Origin: Burkholderiales bacterium
GTDB taxonomy: Bacteria > Pseudomonadota > Gammaproteobacteria > Burkholderiales > SG8-39
Assembly: GCA_014860355.1 (NCBI GenBank)
Contig: JACZJV010000114.1
Span: 2,453-66,452 of the forward strand
Reading direction: 5' to 3'
Length of the DNA: 64,000 nucleotides
Made by a program: the position numbers and the translations under genes. The notes beneath the pieces are model-generated. The model did no database searches. It saw only the letters and a program-made list of their open reading frames with translations, and was not told the origin of the DNA. Each line of letters begins with the position of its first letter. Position 1 is the first letter of the stretch. Positions 29,067-40,748 of the stretch are shown piece after piece.

Positions 29067-29978
29067 TCAGCTGCGGCCCTCGGGTGCGGTCACGTCGCGC
29101 ACGCCGTCGCCGAGCAGATTGATGGCGAGCACCAGCGAAAACAGCGCCAGTCCCGGAATGGTGATCAGCCATGGGCTGAAGAACATATAGCCTTTCGCCT
29201 CCGAAATCATCAGCCCCCAGGAAGGCAGCGGCGGCTGCACGCCCAGGCCGAGGAAGGACAGCGCCGCTTCCAGCAAGATCGCGCTACCCATCTCCAGCGT
29301 CGCCACGACGATCAGATGACTGGAGACGTTCGGCAGCACCTCGCCCGCAATAATGCGCCAGGTGGGGCAGCCGATGGCGCGCGCCGCAGTGACATAGTCG
29401 AGGTTGCGCACCTGCTGTGTGGCGCTGCGCAGCACCACGGCGTAGCGCTCCCACTTCAGCAGGCCCAGCACCAGGATCACCATCCACAGCGAACTGCCGA
29501 CCAAAGCCACCGTAGTGAGTGCGACCAGAATCACCGGCAGCGACAGGCGCACCGTAATCAGATAAGTCACGAAGAGGTCGGTACGCCCGCCGAAATAGCC
29601 GGCGACGATGCCGAGCACGGAGCCGATCACGCCCGAGATCAGCACCACCGCGAAACCGATCAGCAGTGAAATGCGCGAGCCGTAGATCGCCCGCGACAGG
29701 TAGTCGCGCCCGAGCATGTCGGTTCCGAGCGGATGGCTCCAGGTACCGGCTTCGTGCCAGACCGGCGGAATCAGCCGGCGCGCGAGGTCCTGCGCGAACG
29801 GGTCATGCGGCGCGAGCCAGGGCGCCGCCAGTGCCATCAACAGAACGAGTACGAGCACGCCGGCGCCGAGCAGCAGGCCCAGGTGCGCGCGTACGCGCCG
29901 GCGCAGCAGCTCGCCGGGTGAGGGGCCGGCGAGGGATTCCTCGAATGTCGCTTCCAGCGCGGCCGCGTGATTGCTCAT
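29067..29978 (-). CDS. Peptide/nickel-type ABC transporter permease (DppC/OppC-like)
   Basis: ATG 29978 within ORF 29067..30023. Multi-TM, with the EAA-type loop RAIGCPTWRIIAGEVLPN. Confidence 0.88.
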   Translation of the reverse strand: MSNHAAALEATFEESLAGPSPGELLRRRVRAHLGLLLGAGVLVLVLLMALAAPWLAPHDPFAQDLARRLIPPVWHEAGTWSHPLGTDMLGRDYLSRAIYGSRISLLIGFAVVLISGVIGSVLGIVAGYFGGRTDLFVTYLITVRLSLPVILVALTTVALVGSSLWMVILVLGLLKWERYAVVLRSATQQVRNLDYVTAARAIGCPTWRIIAGEVLPNVSSHLIVVATLEMGSAILLEAALSFLGLGVQPPLPSWGLMISEAKGYMFFSPWLITIPGLALFSLVLAINLLGDGVRDVTAPEGRS

Positions 29979-29982
29979 GTAT

Positions 29983-30900
29983 TCATCCGATGCGGATACG
30001 CGGATCCAGCCAGGCATTGGCAATGTCCGCGAGCAGGGTCAGCACGATGTACACCAGCGAGATCAGCAAGACCACCGCCTGCACCACCGGAAAATCGTTA
30101 TGGCTGATGGCCTCCCAGGCGAGATAACCCAGGCCGTTCAGCGCGAATATGGTTTCGATCACCACCGAGCCTCCGAGCAGAAATCCCAGCTGCACTGCGG
30201 CCAGCGCCACCACCGGCGCCACCGCGTTGCGAAGCGCGTGCTTGAACAGTACGCTGGTGTTGCGCAGGCCTTTCGCGCGCGCGGTGCGGATGTAATCGGA
30301 CTCGAGCACTTCGAGCATGCCCGAGCGAGTCAGGCGCATGATTGCAGGGGCGGCGTAGTAGCCCAGCGCGATCGCCGGCAGGATGAAATGCAGCCAGGTG
30401 TCGCCGCCGGATATCGGCAGCAATTGCAGCGTAACGCCGAACAGGTACATCAACAGCAGGGCGAACCAGAAAGACGGCATCGCCTGCCCGACCACGGCGA
30501 TGGTCAGCGTGAGCCGGTCGATCCAGCTGTTGGGCTTCAGCGCCGCGATCACGCCCAGCGGGATCGACAGCGCGAGCGCAAAGCCGAGCGCGGATGCACC
30601 GAGGATCATGGTGGTGGGCATGCGCTGCAGCACCAGCGCCGCCACCGGCGTGCGGAAGTACAGTGAATCGCCGAAATTGCCCAGCGTCGCGCGGCCGAGC
30701 CACTCGAAGTACTGGACGGCAAGCGGCCGGTCGAAGCCGTACTGCGTGCGGATCGCATCGATGGTTTCCGCAGTCGCACCCTCGCCCGCCATGGCGGTGG
30801 CCACGTCGGTCGAGAGGTTGACGAGCAGAAAACACACCAGCGATACCGTCAGCGCCACTAGCAGCGCCAGCACCGCCCGTTTGAGCGCGTATTGCAGCAT
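29983..30900 (-). CDS. Peptide-type ABC transporter permease (DppB/OppB-like)
   Basis: 305 aa. MLQYALKRAVLALLVALTVS..., YIRTARAKGL..VLFKHALRNA. Confidence 0.9.
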   Translation of the reverse strand: MLQYALKRAVLALLVALTVSLVCFLLVNLSTDVATAMAGEGATAETIDAIRTQYGFDRPLAVQYFEWLGRATLGNFGDSLYFRTPVAALVLQRMPTTMILGASALGFALALSIPLGVIAALKPNSWIDRLTLTIAVVGQAMPSFWFALLLMYLFGVTLQLLPISGGDTWLHFILPAIALGYYAAPAIMRLTRSGMLEVLESDYIRTARAKGLRNTSVLFKHALRNAVAPVVALAAVQLGFLLGGSVVIETIFALNGLGYLAWEAISHNDFPVVQAVVLLISLVYIVLTLLADIANAWLDPRIRIG

Positions 30901-30923
30901 CGCGCGCTAGACGAGCGCCGCGC

Positions 30924-32447
30924 TCATTTCCAACGATACTCCCAGAAGCGCGGGATCTCGTCCGGGTAGGGCCGGAACTCCAGGTCCTTGGCGTAGGCGT
31001 AATACACCGGCAGCGAATACATCGGCACCGAGTAGGCCTGCTCTGCAATCTTCTTCAGCGCATTCTTGTAGGCCACCTTGCGCACCTCGGCCTTGACCGA
31101 AGTGTCGCCGACGTCGAGCAGATCGCGCACTTCCTGGTCGCGCGTAACATCATCGGCGAGGAATTTGAAATACACTGGCGTGCTCGCGGACACGTCGTTC
31201 ACCGAGAACGAACCCCAGGTCTGGTGCGCGAAGCCGGCCTTGTGCTCGCGTATGGAGTCGCGCATCGCCGCGTACTGCATGAAACGCAGGTTCGCCCTGA
31301 TGCCGACTGCGCGCAGGTAGCCGATCATCGCCTCGGTCTGCGGCCGCTCGCGGTAGGCGTACAGGTCGATTTCAAAGCCGTTCGGGTAGCCGGCCTCCTT
31401 GAGCAGCGCCTTGGCTTTCGCCGGATCGTAGTTATAACGCGGCGCGCCCTCGTCGGTGCAGCCGAACTGCGTCGGGAAACACTGCGTGTAGATCACGCGC
31501 GCCGATTCGCCGACCACGGTCTTGAGCATGGCCTCGCGGTTGATCGCGTGGCTGATGGCCTTGCGCACGCGTATGTCCTTCAGCACCGGCGTCGGCGTCT
31601 TCTCCCCCGAGGCCATGGTCAGGAACACGATGCGCATGGTTTCGCCCGATTTCACCTGCAGCGAGGGCACGGTCTTCAGTTGCTGCGCCTGATCGGGCGG
31701 CACGTTGAATATCCAATCCAGGCCACCCGCCATCAATTCCGCGGTCTGGGTGTTCTGATCGGGGACCAGGCGCAATTCCAGCGTTTCGATCTTGGGCTGC
31801 GGCTTGAGGCTTTCCTTGAAATAGTCGGGGTTGCGCTTCAGGCGCACCAGCCGCCCTGGCTGGGCTTCGACCACCATATAGGGTCCGGAGCCCACCGGAT
31901 TCGCGCTCATGCCCTTGGGCCCGACCTTGGCGTAGTACTCGCCCGGGTACATCACCACCGGCCCGGCAAGGTATTCGAGCGCCGCGGGGAAAGGTTTTTT
32001 AAGGTGGATGCGGACCTTGAACTGCTCGACTTTCTCCGCCGATGCGATCCAGTTGACGTTCTGCTGCGTGGTCGACTTGTTCTCGGGCTTGGACACGAAG
32101 TTGAGGGTGTAAGCCACATCGTCGGCGTCGAACGCCTCGCCGTTATGGAATTTCACCCCTTTACGCAGGTCGAACTCCAGCGTCTTGTCGTCGATCCAGC
32201 GCCAGGCGGTGGCGAGCGAAGGTTTGTATTCATTGGTCTTCGGGTCGCGGTAGATAAGCGTGTCCCAGATGTGATGCGCCAGGATCACGCCTATGCGCAC
32301 GTTGTTGAAATAGGCATCCAGGCTCTCGGGCACCTGGTTGGAAGCCCATTTGACCGAGTTGTCGCGCTTGCCGGCTTCCGCCGGCAGGGTGAAGGCGACG
32401 GCTGCGGCGAGCAGCGTGGTTTTCAGCAGGGTACGGTAGCCAGGCAT
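30924..32447 (-). CDS. ABC transporter substrate-binding protein, family 5 (peptide-binding)
   Basis: 507 aa. Signal peptide, then LATAWRWIDDKTLEFDLRKGVKFHNGEAFDADDV, the SBP_bac_5 signature. Confidence 0.9.
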   Translation of the reverse strand: MPGYRTLLKTTLLAAAVAFTLPAEAGKRDNSVKWASNQVPESLDAYFNNVRIGVILAHHIWDTLIYRDPKTNEYKPSLATAWRWIDDKTLEFDLRKGVKFHNGEAFDADDVAYTLNFVSKPENKSTTQQNVNWIASAEKVEQFKVRIHLKKPFPAALEYLAGPVVMYPGEYYAKVGPKGMSANPVGSGPYMVVEAQPGRLVRLKRNPDYFKESLKPQPKIETLELRLVPDQNTQTAELMAGGLDWIFNVPPDQAQQLKTVPSLQVKSGETMRIVFLTMASGEKTPTPVLKDIRVRKAISHAINREAMLKTVVGESARVIYTQCFPTQFGCTDEGAPRYNYDPAKAKALLKEAGYPNGFEIDLYAYRERPQTEAMIGYLRAVGIRANLRFMQYAAMRDSIREHKAGFAHQTWGSFSVNDVSASTPVYFKFLADDVTRDQEVRDLLDVGDTSVKAEVRKVAYKNALKKIAEQAYSVPMYSLPVYYAYAKDLEFRPYPDEIPRFWEYRWK

Positions 32448-32487
32448 GGTCCGGTTCTCCTCGAAATGACAACAGATTTGACGAAGA

Positions 32488-33452
<965 letters not shown>

Positions 33453-33456
<4 letters not shown>

Positions 33457-34424
33457 GTCGCCGCCAGTCTGCAGCGCAGGCGCTGGCCGCCAGAGAGCTC
33501 GCGCAGCTCGAACGCGCGCGTGGCGCATGCGTCCTCTGCCTCGCTGCAGCGATTGCGGAACTGGCAGCCATGCAGCGCGCCTATCGGCGGGCTCACCACG
33601 CCGGGGATGGTGCCCAGGCGCTCGCCCGGCGCGAGGCGTCCCGGCACCGGGATGCAATCGAGCAGGCCGCGCGTGTACGGATGCGAGGGATGACTGAACA
33701 GGCGCGCCACCGGCCCCTGCTCGACGATCTCGCCGGCGTACATCACCGCGACCCGGTCGGCCACGCGCGCGACGATGCCGAGGTCGTGGGTGATGAGTAT
33801 CAGGCCCATGCCGAATTCGCGCTGCAGTTCCTTCAGGAGATGCAGGATCTGCGCCTGCACCGTCACATCGAGCGCGGTGGTCGGCTCATCGGCGATCATC
33901 AGCGCGGGTTCGCACATCAGCGCCATCGCGATCATCACGCGCTGGCGCAGGCCGCCGGAGAGCTGGTGCGGGTACTGCCCCAGGCGGCTCGTCGCACCGG
34001 TGATGCCCACGCGCTCGAGCAGGTGCAGCGCGCGTTCGCGCGCCAACGCCGTGGATCCGCCGCGATGGCGCAGCCAGCCTTCCTCCAGTTGGTTGCCGAT
34101 CGACCAGGACGGATTGAGCGAAGTCATCGGCTCCTGAAAGATCATCGCAATGCGATTGCCCCGCAGATCGCCCATGCGCCGCTCGCCCGCCCGCTGCAGA
34201 TCCTCGCCGGCGAAACTGAAACGCGACAGGGAGCGGCGCGCCGCGCGCGGCAGTAAACCCATGAGCGCGAGTGCGGAGAGCGACTTGCCGCAGCCGGATT
34301 CGCCCACCAGGCACAGGGTTTCGCCGGCTTCGAGCGCAAGGTCCACGCCGCGCACGGCGTGCAGCATACCCATCGGAGTCGGGATGTCGACGCGCAGACC
34401 TTCGACCTGCAACAGCGCGCTCAC
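33453..34424 (-). CDS. Oligo/dipeptide ABC transporter ATP-binding protein (DppD/OppD-like)
   Basis: 323 aa. [26 protein letters not shown] and [12 protein letters not shown] overlap with the downstream ATPase gene. Confidence 0.9.
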
Positions 34425-34518
34425 CAGAGGCCGGCTTCCACTATTATCGTTTCCTCACGCTCGGTACAAACGATCAATCTCGGCGCAGCGTCCGCAGAGT
34501 TCTCCGCCATTGCATTCC

Positions 34519-34593
34519 ATACGGACCAACGCCAAATTATAACCCGCGCTTAGGTCCGTATTTCAGTTGACTCAAGACCATGACTCAAGACCA
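34519..34593. promoter_or_regulatory. Candidate operator elements in the divergent dpp/mlrC-like promoter region
   Basis: A 9-bp inverted repeat atacggacc (34519-34527) / ggtccgtat (34553-34561), and a perfect 13-bp tandem direct repeat tgactcaagacca x2 (34568-34580, 34581-34593), 62 nt upstream of the ATG at 34655. Confidence 0.4.
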
Positions 34594-34654
34594 GGTGCAG
34601 GCGCTCACGCCGGCGCGTAACATGTGTGCCTGGTCGTAAAACGAAGGAGCAAGC

Positions 34655-36184
34655 ATGGCCTTGATCGCCGTCGGCGGTTTCCAGCACGAGACCAACACCT
34701 TTGCTCCGACCAAGGCCGATTACGGCGCGTTTGAGGTCGGCGCCGGCCGGCCCGGAATACAATTCGGCGCCGCGATCGCGACCGCGGTGGCAGGGGCCAA
34801 CATTCCGGCGGCGGGTGCGCTCGATGCCCTGCATGCGCTGGGGCACAGGACCGTGGGGCTCGTCTGGGCCGCGGCCTCGCCTTCGGCACAGGTCACGCAG
34901 GACGCCTATGAGCGCATCGCGGGTGAGATCGTGCGGCGGCTGGCCGAGGCCGGTCCGGTAGACGGCGTGTATCTCGATCTGCACGGCGCCATGGTGGCCG
35001 AGCACTTCGATGACGGCGAGGGCGAATTGCTCGCGCGCGTGCGCAAGGTCGTCGGCGACCGCATCCCCGTCGTCGCGAGTCTGGATCTGCATGCCAACGT
35101 CACGCGCGCGATGATCGCCCGGGCCGATGGCCTGGTCGCCTACCGTACTTATCCCCACGTTGACATGGCCGAAACCGGGCAGCGCGCGGCGCAGTTGCTC
35201 GATGCCACTCTGAAGCGCGGCCGGCCCATGGCCAAAGCCTGGAAGACGTTCGATTACCTCAGCTCTCTTCCGTCGCAGTGTTCCTTGATCGAGCCATGCA
35301 AGGGCCTGTACCAGGCGCTCGAGCGCATCGAACAGCAGCCGGGCCTGTGCTTGTCCTTTGCACCCGGCTTTCCGATGGCCGATTTTGCCGAATGCGGCAT
35401 GACGGTGTTCGGCTACGGCACCGACGAGGCGAAGGCGCGCGCCGCCGTGGCGCGCCTGGCGGGCGCAGTTGCGGATGCCGAAAAGGATTTTGCCCTTGAA
35501 TTGTTCTCGCCTGAAGACGCGGTCAGGCGAGCGATGCAGCGCGGCGAACCGGGGGCGCCAGTGGTGCTCGCCGATACCCAGGACAATCCGGGCGCAGGCG
35601 GCAACGGCGACACCACCGGACTGCTCGCCGCGATGCTCCGGCTGCGCGCCAATGACGCTGTGCTGGGGATGCTGATCGATCCGCACTCGGCCAAAGCGGC
35701 GCATGCGCTCGGACGCGGACATACGGCGCGTTTCGCGCTGGGCGAAATCTCCGGGGTTCCAGGCCATGTGCCGCTCGCGGGTGAATTCACGGTGGAAGCG
35801 CTGGGTGACGGTAGTTTCACCGGCACCGGTCCCTTCCAACGCGGCTTGCGCCTGAATCTGGGTCCAATGGCGCTGCTGCGCAGCCGCGAGGCGCCGGGCG
35901 TGCGCGTGGTGCTGGCCTCAAAAAAATGCCAGGCGGCCGATCAGGAAATGTTCCGCCATCTTGGGGTCGAGCCGAAAACGCAACGTCTGATCGCGCTCAA
36001 GAGCTCAGTGCATTTTCGCGCCGACTTCCAGCCCATCGCGAAAGAAGTGCTGGTCGTGCGCGCGCCGGGTCCGGCGCTGGCCGACCCGGGCGAATTCCGC
36101 TGGACGAAGCTGCGCCATGGCCTGCGCCTGCGCCCGCTCGGCCCGGCGTTTGCCGGAGCAAGCGCGCCGCCAAACGCTACGTAA
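34655..36184 (+). CDS. M81-family metallopeptidase (MlrC/microcystinase C-like)
   Basis: 509 aa. MALIAVGGFQHETNTFAP...GVYLDLHGAMV...ASLDLHANV are typical MlrC N- and C-domain motifs. Confidence 0.85.
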   Translation: MALIAVGGFQHETNTFAPTKADYGAFEVGAGRPGIQFGAAIATAVAGANIPAAGALDALHALGHRTVGLVWAAASPSAQVTQDAYERIAGEIVRRLAEAGPVDGVYLDLHGAMVAEHFDDGEGELLARVRKVVGDRIPVVASLDLHANVTRAMIARADGLVAYRTYPHVDMAETGQRAAQLLDATLKRGRPMAKAWKTFDYLSSLPSQCSLIEPCKGLYQALERIEQQPGLCLSFAPGFPMADFAECGMTVFGYGTDEAKARAAVARLAGAVADAEKDFALELFSPEDAVRRAMQRGEPGAPVVLADTQDNPGAGGNGDTTGLLAAMLRLRANDAVLGMLIDPHSAKAAHALGRGHTARFALGEISGVPGHVPLAGEFTVEALGDGSFTGTGPFQRGLRLNLGPMALLRSREAPGVRVVLASKKCQAADQEMFRHLGVEPKTQRLIALKSSVHFRADFQPIAKEVLVVRAPGPALADPGEFRWTKLRHGLRLRPLGPAFAGASAPPNAT

Positions 36185-36905
36185 TCGCGCGTACTGTAAA
36201 GCTCGTCCGGAGCGCTCCTACGACCGGCGCCGCGCTTGTCGCGCAGACGACTCAGGCAGGGCGAGAGGTCCGTTTTTCAATATTCGAACCGTCACTCCCG
36301 ACCCACAGCCGTCTCTGGCAAGGATGGGAAGCGGTCATTGGCCGCGGGGGCTGGAATAACAAAGTCAGCCGATTGCAATGCAAAACAACAATTTCGGTTG
36401 GGTTAAAGCTACGCAACAGGTGAGCAGTCGTTTGAGGGCAGGTTGTAGCCATTTGCGGTTCTACGATTGGGACGGATTTGGACGGAAATGCTGGCCACTC
36501 GAGTTGCTGCTGACTTGGGATACTGCCGGCAAACGACAATTATGGTTTCGGGTCATGGAATCGAGTTTGGCGAATTGACGACTACCTAAGCTGAGGATAC
36601 AGTTCTCCTGAGCAATAGACATTGTGAATCTTCTGAATCCTATGATGCCATTCGAGAAATCGTAGCGTCGCGCTGATATTCAGGAGCCATTGTGGGCGAA
36701 GATTGGAAGGTTCTCACGACGCTTAAGTTCGATTGCGCACGCACAGGCTGCCGGATTCAGCCAGTCGCGCCCTTAACGCTTATTCTGACTGGAACCGGTG
36801 GCTTTGATAAGGTGCGGGCGCGACGGCGAATCGGCTTAGTTCCGCTGTCCGACATATGCAATGTATCGTGACTCGCGTAGAACTGCTCAGCGTGACGGTT
36901 TGTAA

Positions 36906-37781
36906 GTGGCTGCGAGGGCGGTATCAGTGAGCCGTCTGACCGTCGATCACGTGGTTATCATCGTGCGTGATCTGCCCTGCGCTGTAAGGGATTTTGCAAA
37001 TCTTGGTTTCAGCGTTTCGCAAGGCGGCGTACATGAAGGCGGCCTAAGCCACAATGCATTGATTCTCCTGGAAGACGGAAGCTATCTCGAACTCTTCGCT
37101 CCAGTCAGACCGTTGACTATGACACTCCTGGTATTAATGGACAAATTGGGTGTCCTGGGCGGGATCACCTCTAAACGGACTTCGATCGTTCGACGCTTTC
37201 TCGAGCACGTTGCCAGAGGTGAAGGAATCGCAGATATTGCTCTGCTGACGGATTCCCTGGACGAACAACTCGAGTCGGCTCGCCGGAATGGGTTGCCTAT
37301 GGATAAACCTTTGCTCGGAAGTCGCATTCGTCCCGATGGCCAGGAATCGAAGTGGCGATTCGGCGTCCCCATGATGAACGGTCTACCATTCCTGATCGAA
37401 GATCTGACCCCTCGAATGCTTCGGGTGCCAGAGAATGCCGCACGGCGGCATGCAAACGGCGTTTCCGGTATTGCGCGCATCGATGTGGAAGTTTCGGATC
37501 GAGTGCAGGCGAACGCGAATTGCTGCGCGCTACTAGGCCTTTCTTGTGATACCGAGCCGCGTCAAGTTGATGCATCTAAAGCTGCTCTATATTTTCGCGT
37601 AAGCGGTGTTGACTTGGCGCTAGTAGAATGTACCGACGACGAGTGGACAGGCCGCGGATCCTCAGCAAAGACAAGACCGGGCCAGATTTCCCTTAGATTG
37701 CGTACAACGGACAAGGCAAACGTTGGCCCGCTAGATTCGCGTCAAACGCATAACGCCAGAATCGAACTGGTCTCTGCATGA
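36906..37781 (+). CDS. VOC/glyoxalase-like domain protein (Glyoxalase_3-like)
   Basis: 291 aa with a GTG start at 36906 or 36927. VDHVVIIVRDLPCAVRDFANLGFSVSQGGVHEGGLSHNALILLEDGSYLELFAP resembles the VOC beta-alpha-beta-beta-beta module. Lower-GC island. Confidence 0.65.
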   Translation: MAARAVSVSRLTVDHVVIIVRDLPCAVRDFANLGFSVSQGGVHEGGLSHNALILLEDGSYLELFAPVRPLTMTLLVLMDKLGVLGGITSKRTSIVRRFLEHVARGEGIADIALLTDSLDEQLESARRNGLPMDKPLLGSRIRPDGQESKWRFGVPMMNGLPFLIEDLTPRMLRVPENAARRHANGVSGIARIDVEVSDRVQANANCCALLGLSCDTEPRQVDASKAALYFRVSGVDLALVECTDDEWTGRGSSAKTRPGQISLRLRTTDKANVGPLDSRQTHNARIELVSA

Positions 37782-38344
37782 TGCCGGGTATCGACCACAC
37801 CAGCAATGCCGGGCCTAACGGAGCAAAGCGAATCGCGATATATGCCATGGATAAAGGCACGCGGCTCGCGTCGCCAGCGTCCCAGTACGCGTACTATCCC
37901 CATATCGTCATCGAGAACGCCGACCAGAGTCGCCTAGCGCTGGCTTGATGACGACCAGCCCTGCCGTCTGGTGCAATTCACGCCAAGCTCACGTTCAAAC
38001 GAAGCGTATTGTCACTTGGGTCAACCTACTTGCCGAAAACATGACGTCCAACATAGTCCGGAGACTGGATATTGAACGACAGCTCGAGCGGCTGGTCATG
38101 GCCGGTTATACCTGCTGACGGCCGCCGCCCACTGCAATTTTTGGCCAGCGGCTGCATTTCAAAAACGCGAGATGTCACTCGCGACCCCGAGCTGCCGGTG
38201 GCGGAAATGCAAAGCTGTCATTCGCCGCGCGTACCAAGAAATGGGAAGCGGCCGCTCGCAACGCAAGATTCTCGAACTGATAACCTAAAGATGTCACCCA
38301 GCTTGTTAGCGGCTTTATCTGAACAGAAACGGGACTTCCGAGGC

Positions 38345-39640
38345 TTAGGGAATTGGCATCGACGCTTTCTTTGGATGTAGCAGCGCCATGTTGAGATATT
38401 TCAGATACCAGAGTCCCGGAGTGTAATTTGCGCGATCCCGCCGCGCGAGGAATTTGGCCAGATCGAAGTAATTCACATAATCCGCGACTGTCTCGACATC
38501 GAACACCTCGTTGCCGCGAATATCGGAAACAATCGATTTGGACGCATGAGCATAGGCCCAGGGGGTGCAGGTGTTTACCTCAAGCACGTTTGGCGCAAGA
38601 AAAAACAGATTAGGTGCATCCAGGGAGCGAAACAGAGCCCCGCAGCGTCGTCCGAGATCTTCCAGCCGCGTAAGGCGCGACAATGTCGGAATGTCAAAGT
38701 AAGTGAGGTCCAATTCGTAGCCGGTTCCCCAAAGAATCAACTGCACATCGACGCGTTGCCCGTCCGACAGATGCACTGTCCCATTATCGATTCGGGAGAT
38801 TACACCGCGGTGTCTTTCAATCCGATTGAAGTTGTTGATCATGTCCCGACGACCGGGTATGAGCTGATGGTGGCGAAGATCCAATTCGTAATCTGGAATG
38901 ATTTCTTCCAGGCCCGCTTTGCGGTAGCGCACGCGCAAGTCCTGATTGACCAACTGGTTTGTCTTGGCGACGGAAATTCCCAACATCTGTTGTCGACCCA
39001 GCATGCGCACGTCAGTCGCATAATGTTTTTGTTTCCGCGTCGGGCGCATCCACTTGGTCGAGCGGTAGACCCACACCACGCGTCTTGCATTGTGCTGGAA
39101 ACAGAGATCGAGCAAATCGTAGGCAGATGCACCTCCGCCCACTACCACAATGTCGCGGCCCGTGAGTTCACCGGGGTCTTTGAATTTAGACGAGTGGAAT
39201 TCGCGGACTCCGGGCCGAGTTCTTTCGACTTGCGGGATGTATGCCCGGTTGTGCCCGCCAGTCGCGGCTACCAAATGGCGACAGTGATAGCTCCGGGCGG
39301 CGGTAGAAACCTGCCAGCCGTCCGCGGCATAGCGCGCGGAGGTAACGTTGGCATTCAAATGAATCAGGCTGGACAGTTGGAAGCGATCGACCCAAGCCTG
39401 AATATTGGCGCAAATACTGGCCTGGTCTTCACCGGCGATCGGCAGATCGCCCAAGGTCCAGTCCTCTTTCGGAAACTGGATATCCTGCCAGGCTGGAAGA
39501 TCGCGCCAAATGCCGCCGACCGCGCCGCTACGTTCTATCAGTACCGCGTGCAAACCGGCATCCTTGGCGTACTTGAGGCAGATTACGCCGCCGATGCCGC
39601 CGCCGATGATGACCAGGTCCAGGCGTTCCAAATCGTTCAT
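38345..39640 (-). CDS. Flavin-containing monooxygenase / NAD(P)/FAD-dependent oxidoreductase
   Basis: ATG 39640 preceded by gaggtgg (ORF 38345..39916). FAD GxGxxG LDLVIIGGGIGGV, GGIWR, FHSSKF (FMO-like motif) and a second dinucleotide site IVVVGGGASAYDL. Confidence 0.82.
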   Translation of the reverse strand: MNDLERLDLVIIGGGIGGVICLKYAKDAGLHAVLIERSGAVGGIWRDLPAWQDIQFPKEDWTLGDLPIAGEDQASICANIQAWVDRFQLSSLIHLNANVTSARYAADGWQVSTAARSYHCRHLVAATGGHNRAYIPQVERTRPGVREFHSSKFKDPGELTGRDIVVVGGGASAYDLLDLCFQHNARRVVWVYRSTKWMRPTRKQKHYATDVRMLGRQQMLGISVAKTNQLVNQDLRVRYRKAGLEEIIPDYELDLRHHQLIPGRRDMINNFNRIERHRGVISRIDNGTVHLSDGQRVDVQLILWGTGYELDLTYFDIPTLSRLTRLEDLGRRCGALFRSLDAPNLFFLAPNVLEVNTCTPWAYAHASKSIVSDIRGNEVFDVETVADYVNYFDLAKFLARRDRANYTPGLWYLKYLNMALLHPKKASMPIP

Positions 39641-39770
39641 TTGCGCCACCTCAGCAGAGTTTGTGCAGCTGTACGATAATTTCAGGCCTCCCGTACCGGT
39701 TAGTTCGAATGTCCGCAAGATTTGACCGATCGGCCTTTTGTGTTCTGGTTTGCGCGGCTGGAGGAGGACT

Positions 39771-40748
39771 GTGGATGCATTGTCGGACGCGTTGAGAGGG
39801 TTTCGCTTTTCCGGGGCAATCTTTCTCGATGCCGAACTTACGCGCCCCTGGGCAGTGGTGACCCCCTCGTCTGCGGACATCGCCGACGCCTTAGCGGTCC
39901 GCGCGGACCATGTCATCCCTTATCACCTGGTGACCGAGGGAGAGTGCACCGTGACAATTCCGGGACAGGCGCCGGTGCGCCTGACCGGCGGCGAAATTGT
40001 CATGATTCCGCATGGAAATGTGCATACGCTCGCCAGCCAGGTCGACGTTCCGCCCATCCAGTTACCGCGTGAATTCGTTGACAGCGTATTGAAGCGCCGC
40101 AGCATTCTTCCGATACGCCATGGCGGCGGAGGCGGCACTACAAGAATGCTGTGCGGCTTTTTTGCCGTGGACCGTTGGTATGCGCAGCACCTGGTAAAGG
40201 GACTCCCGCCTCTAGTGTCTGCCCACGTCGGCAGCGACGGAGGTCAGCAATTGCTCGCGGCAGTAGCACGCCGTTCGATCGAAGAATCCAAAGCGGGCGG
40301 TCCGGGCAGCGATGCCTTGGTCTGCCGCCTTTCGGAAGTCCTTTTCCTCGATGCGCTACGCCTTATAGTCAAGGATGCCCAAGTGCCTGTGATGGGATGG
40401 CTCGCCGGCCTGCGCGACCCGCACATTCGCCATGCCCTGTCGCTTATCCACGCGCGTTCGCAACAGCAATGGAGCATTCAGACTCTGGCCAACGACTGCG
40501 GGATGTCGCGGTCAAGTTTTGTCGAAAAGTTCTCCGCCCTGATCGGCTCGCCTCCGATGAAATATCTGGCGCAGTGGCGTATGACTCTGGCTGCCCGCGA
40601 TTTAAGCGAGCGGGATACCACGGTCATGGAAGTGGCCGATCGGTACGGCTACAGCTCCGAAGCGTCATTTACGCGGGCGTTCCGAAGGGCATTCAATATT
40701 CCGCCTGCCACGTTCCGCCGTTCGCAACTTAGAAACCGTGACCAATGA
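39771..40748 (+). CDS. AraC-family transcriptional regulator with an N-terminal cupin (cupin_6-type) domain
   Basis: GTG 39771 directly after ggaggagga (ORF 39738..40748). VDALSDALRGFRFSGAIFLDAEL is a typical N-terminus for this subfamily. C-terminal HTH_18 region: WSIQTLANDCGMSRSSFVEKFSALIGSPPMKYLAQWRM...GYSSEASFTRAFRRAF. Divergent from the monooxygenase. Confidence 0.85.
   Translation: MDALSDALRGFRFSGAIFLDAELTRPWAVVTPSSADIADALAVRADHVIPYHLVTEGECTVTIPGQAPVRLTGGEIVMIPHGNVHTLASQVDVPPIQLPREFVDSVLKRRSILPIRHGGGGGTTRMLCGFFAVDRWYAQHLVKGLPPLVSAHVGSDGGQQLLAAVARRSIEESKAGGPGSDALVCRLSEVLFLDALRLIVKDAQVPVMGWLAGLRDPHIRHALSLIHARSQQQWSIQTLANDCGMSRSSFVEKFSALIGSPPMKYLAQWRMTLAARDLSERDTTVMEVADRYGYSSEASFTRAFRRAFNIPPATFRRSQLRNRDQ

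Noticed and set aside
36185-36905. Search for a tRNA, integrase, IS element or att-type direct repeats at the borders of both low-GC islands (also 47560-47700 and 50200-50300).
   Set aside because: I found no T-loop-like GGTTCGAATCC, no recombinase- or transposase-like translation, and no matching flanking repeats by eye. The islands are therefore not called mobile elements.
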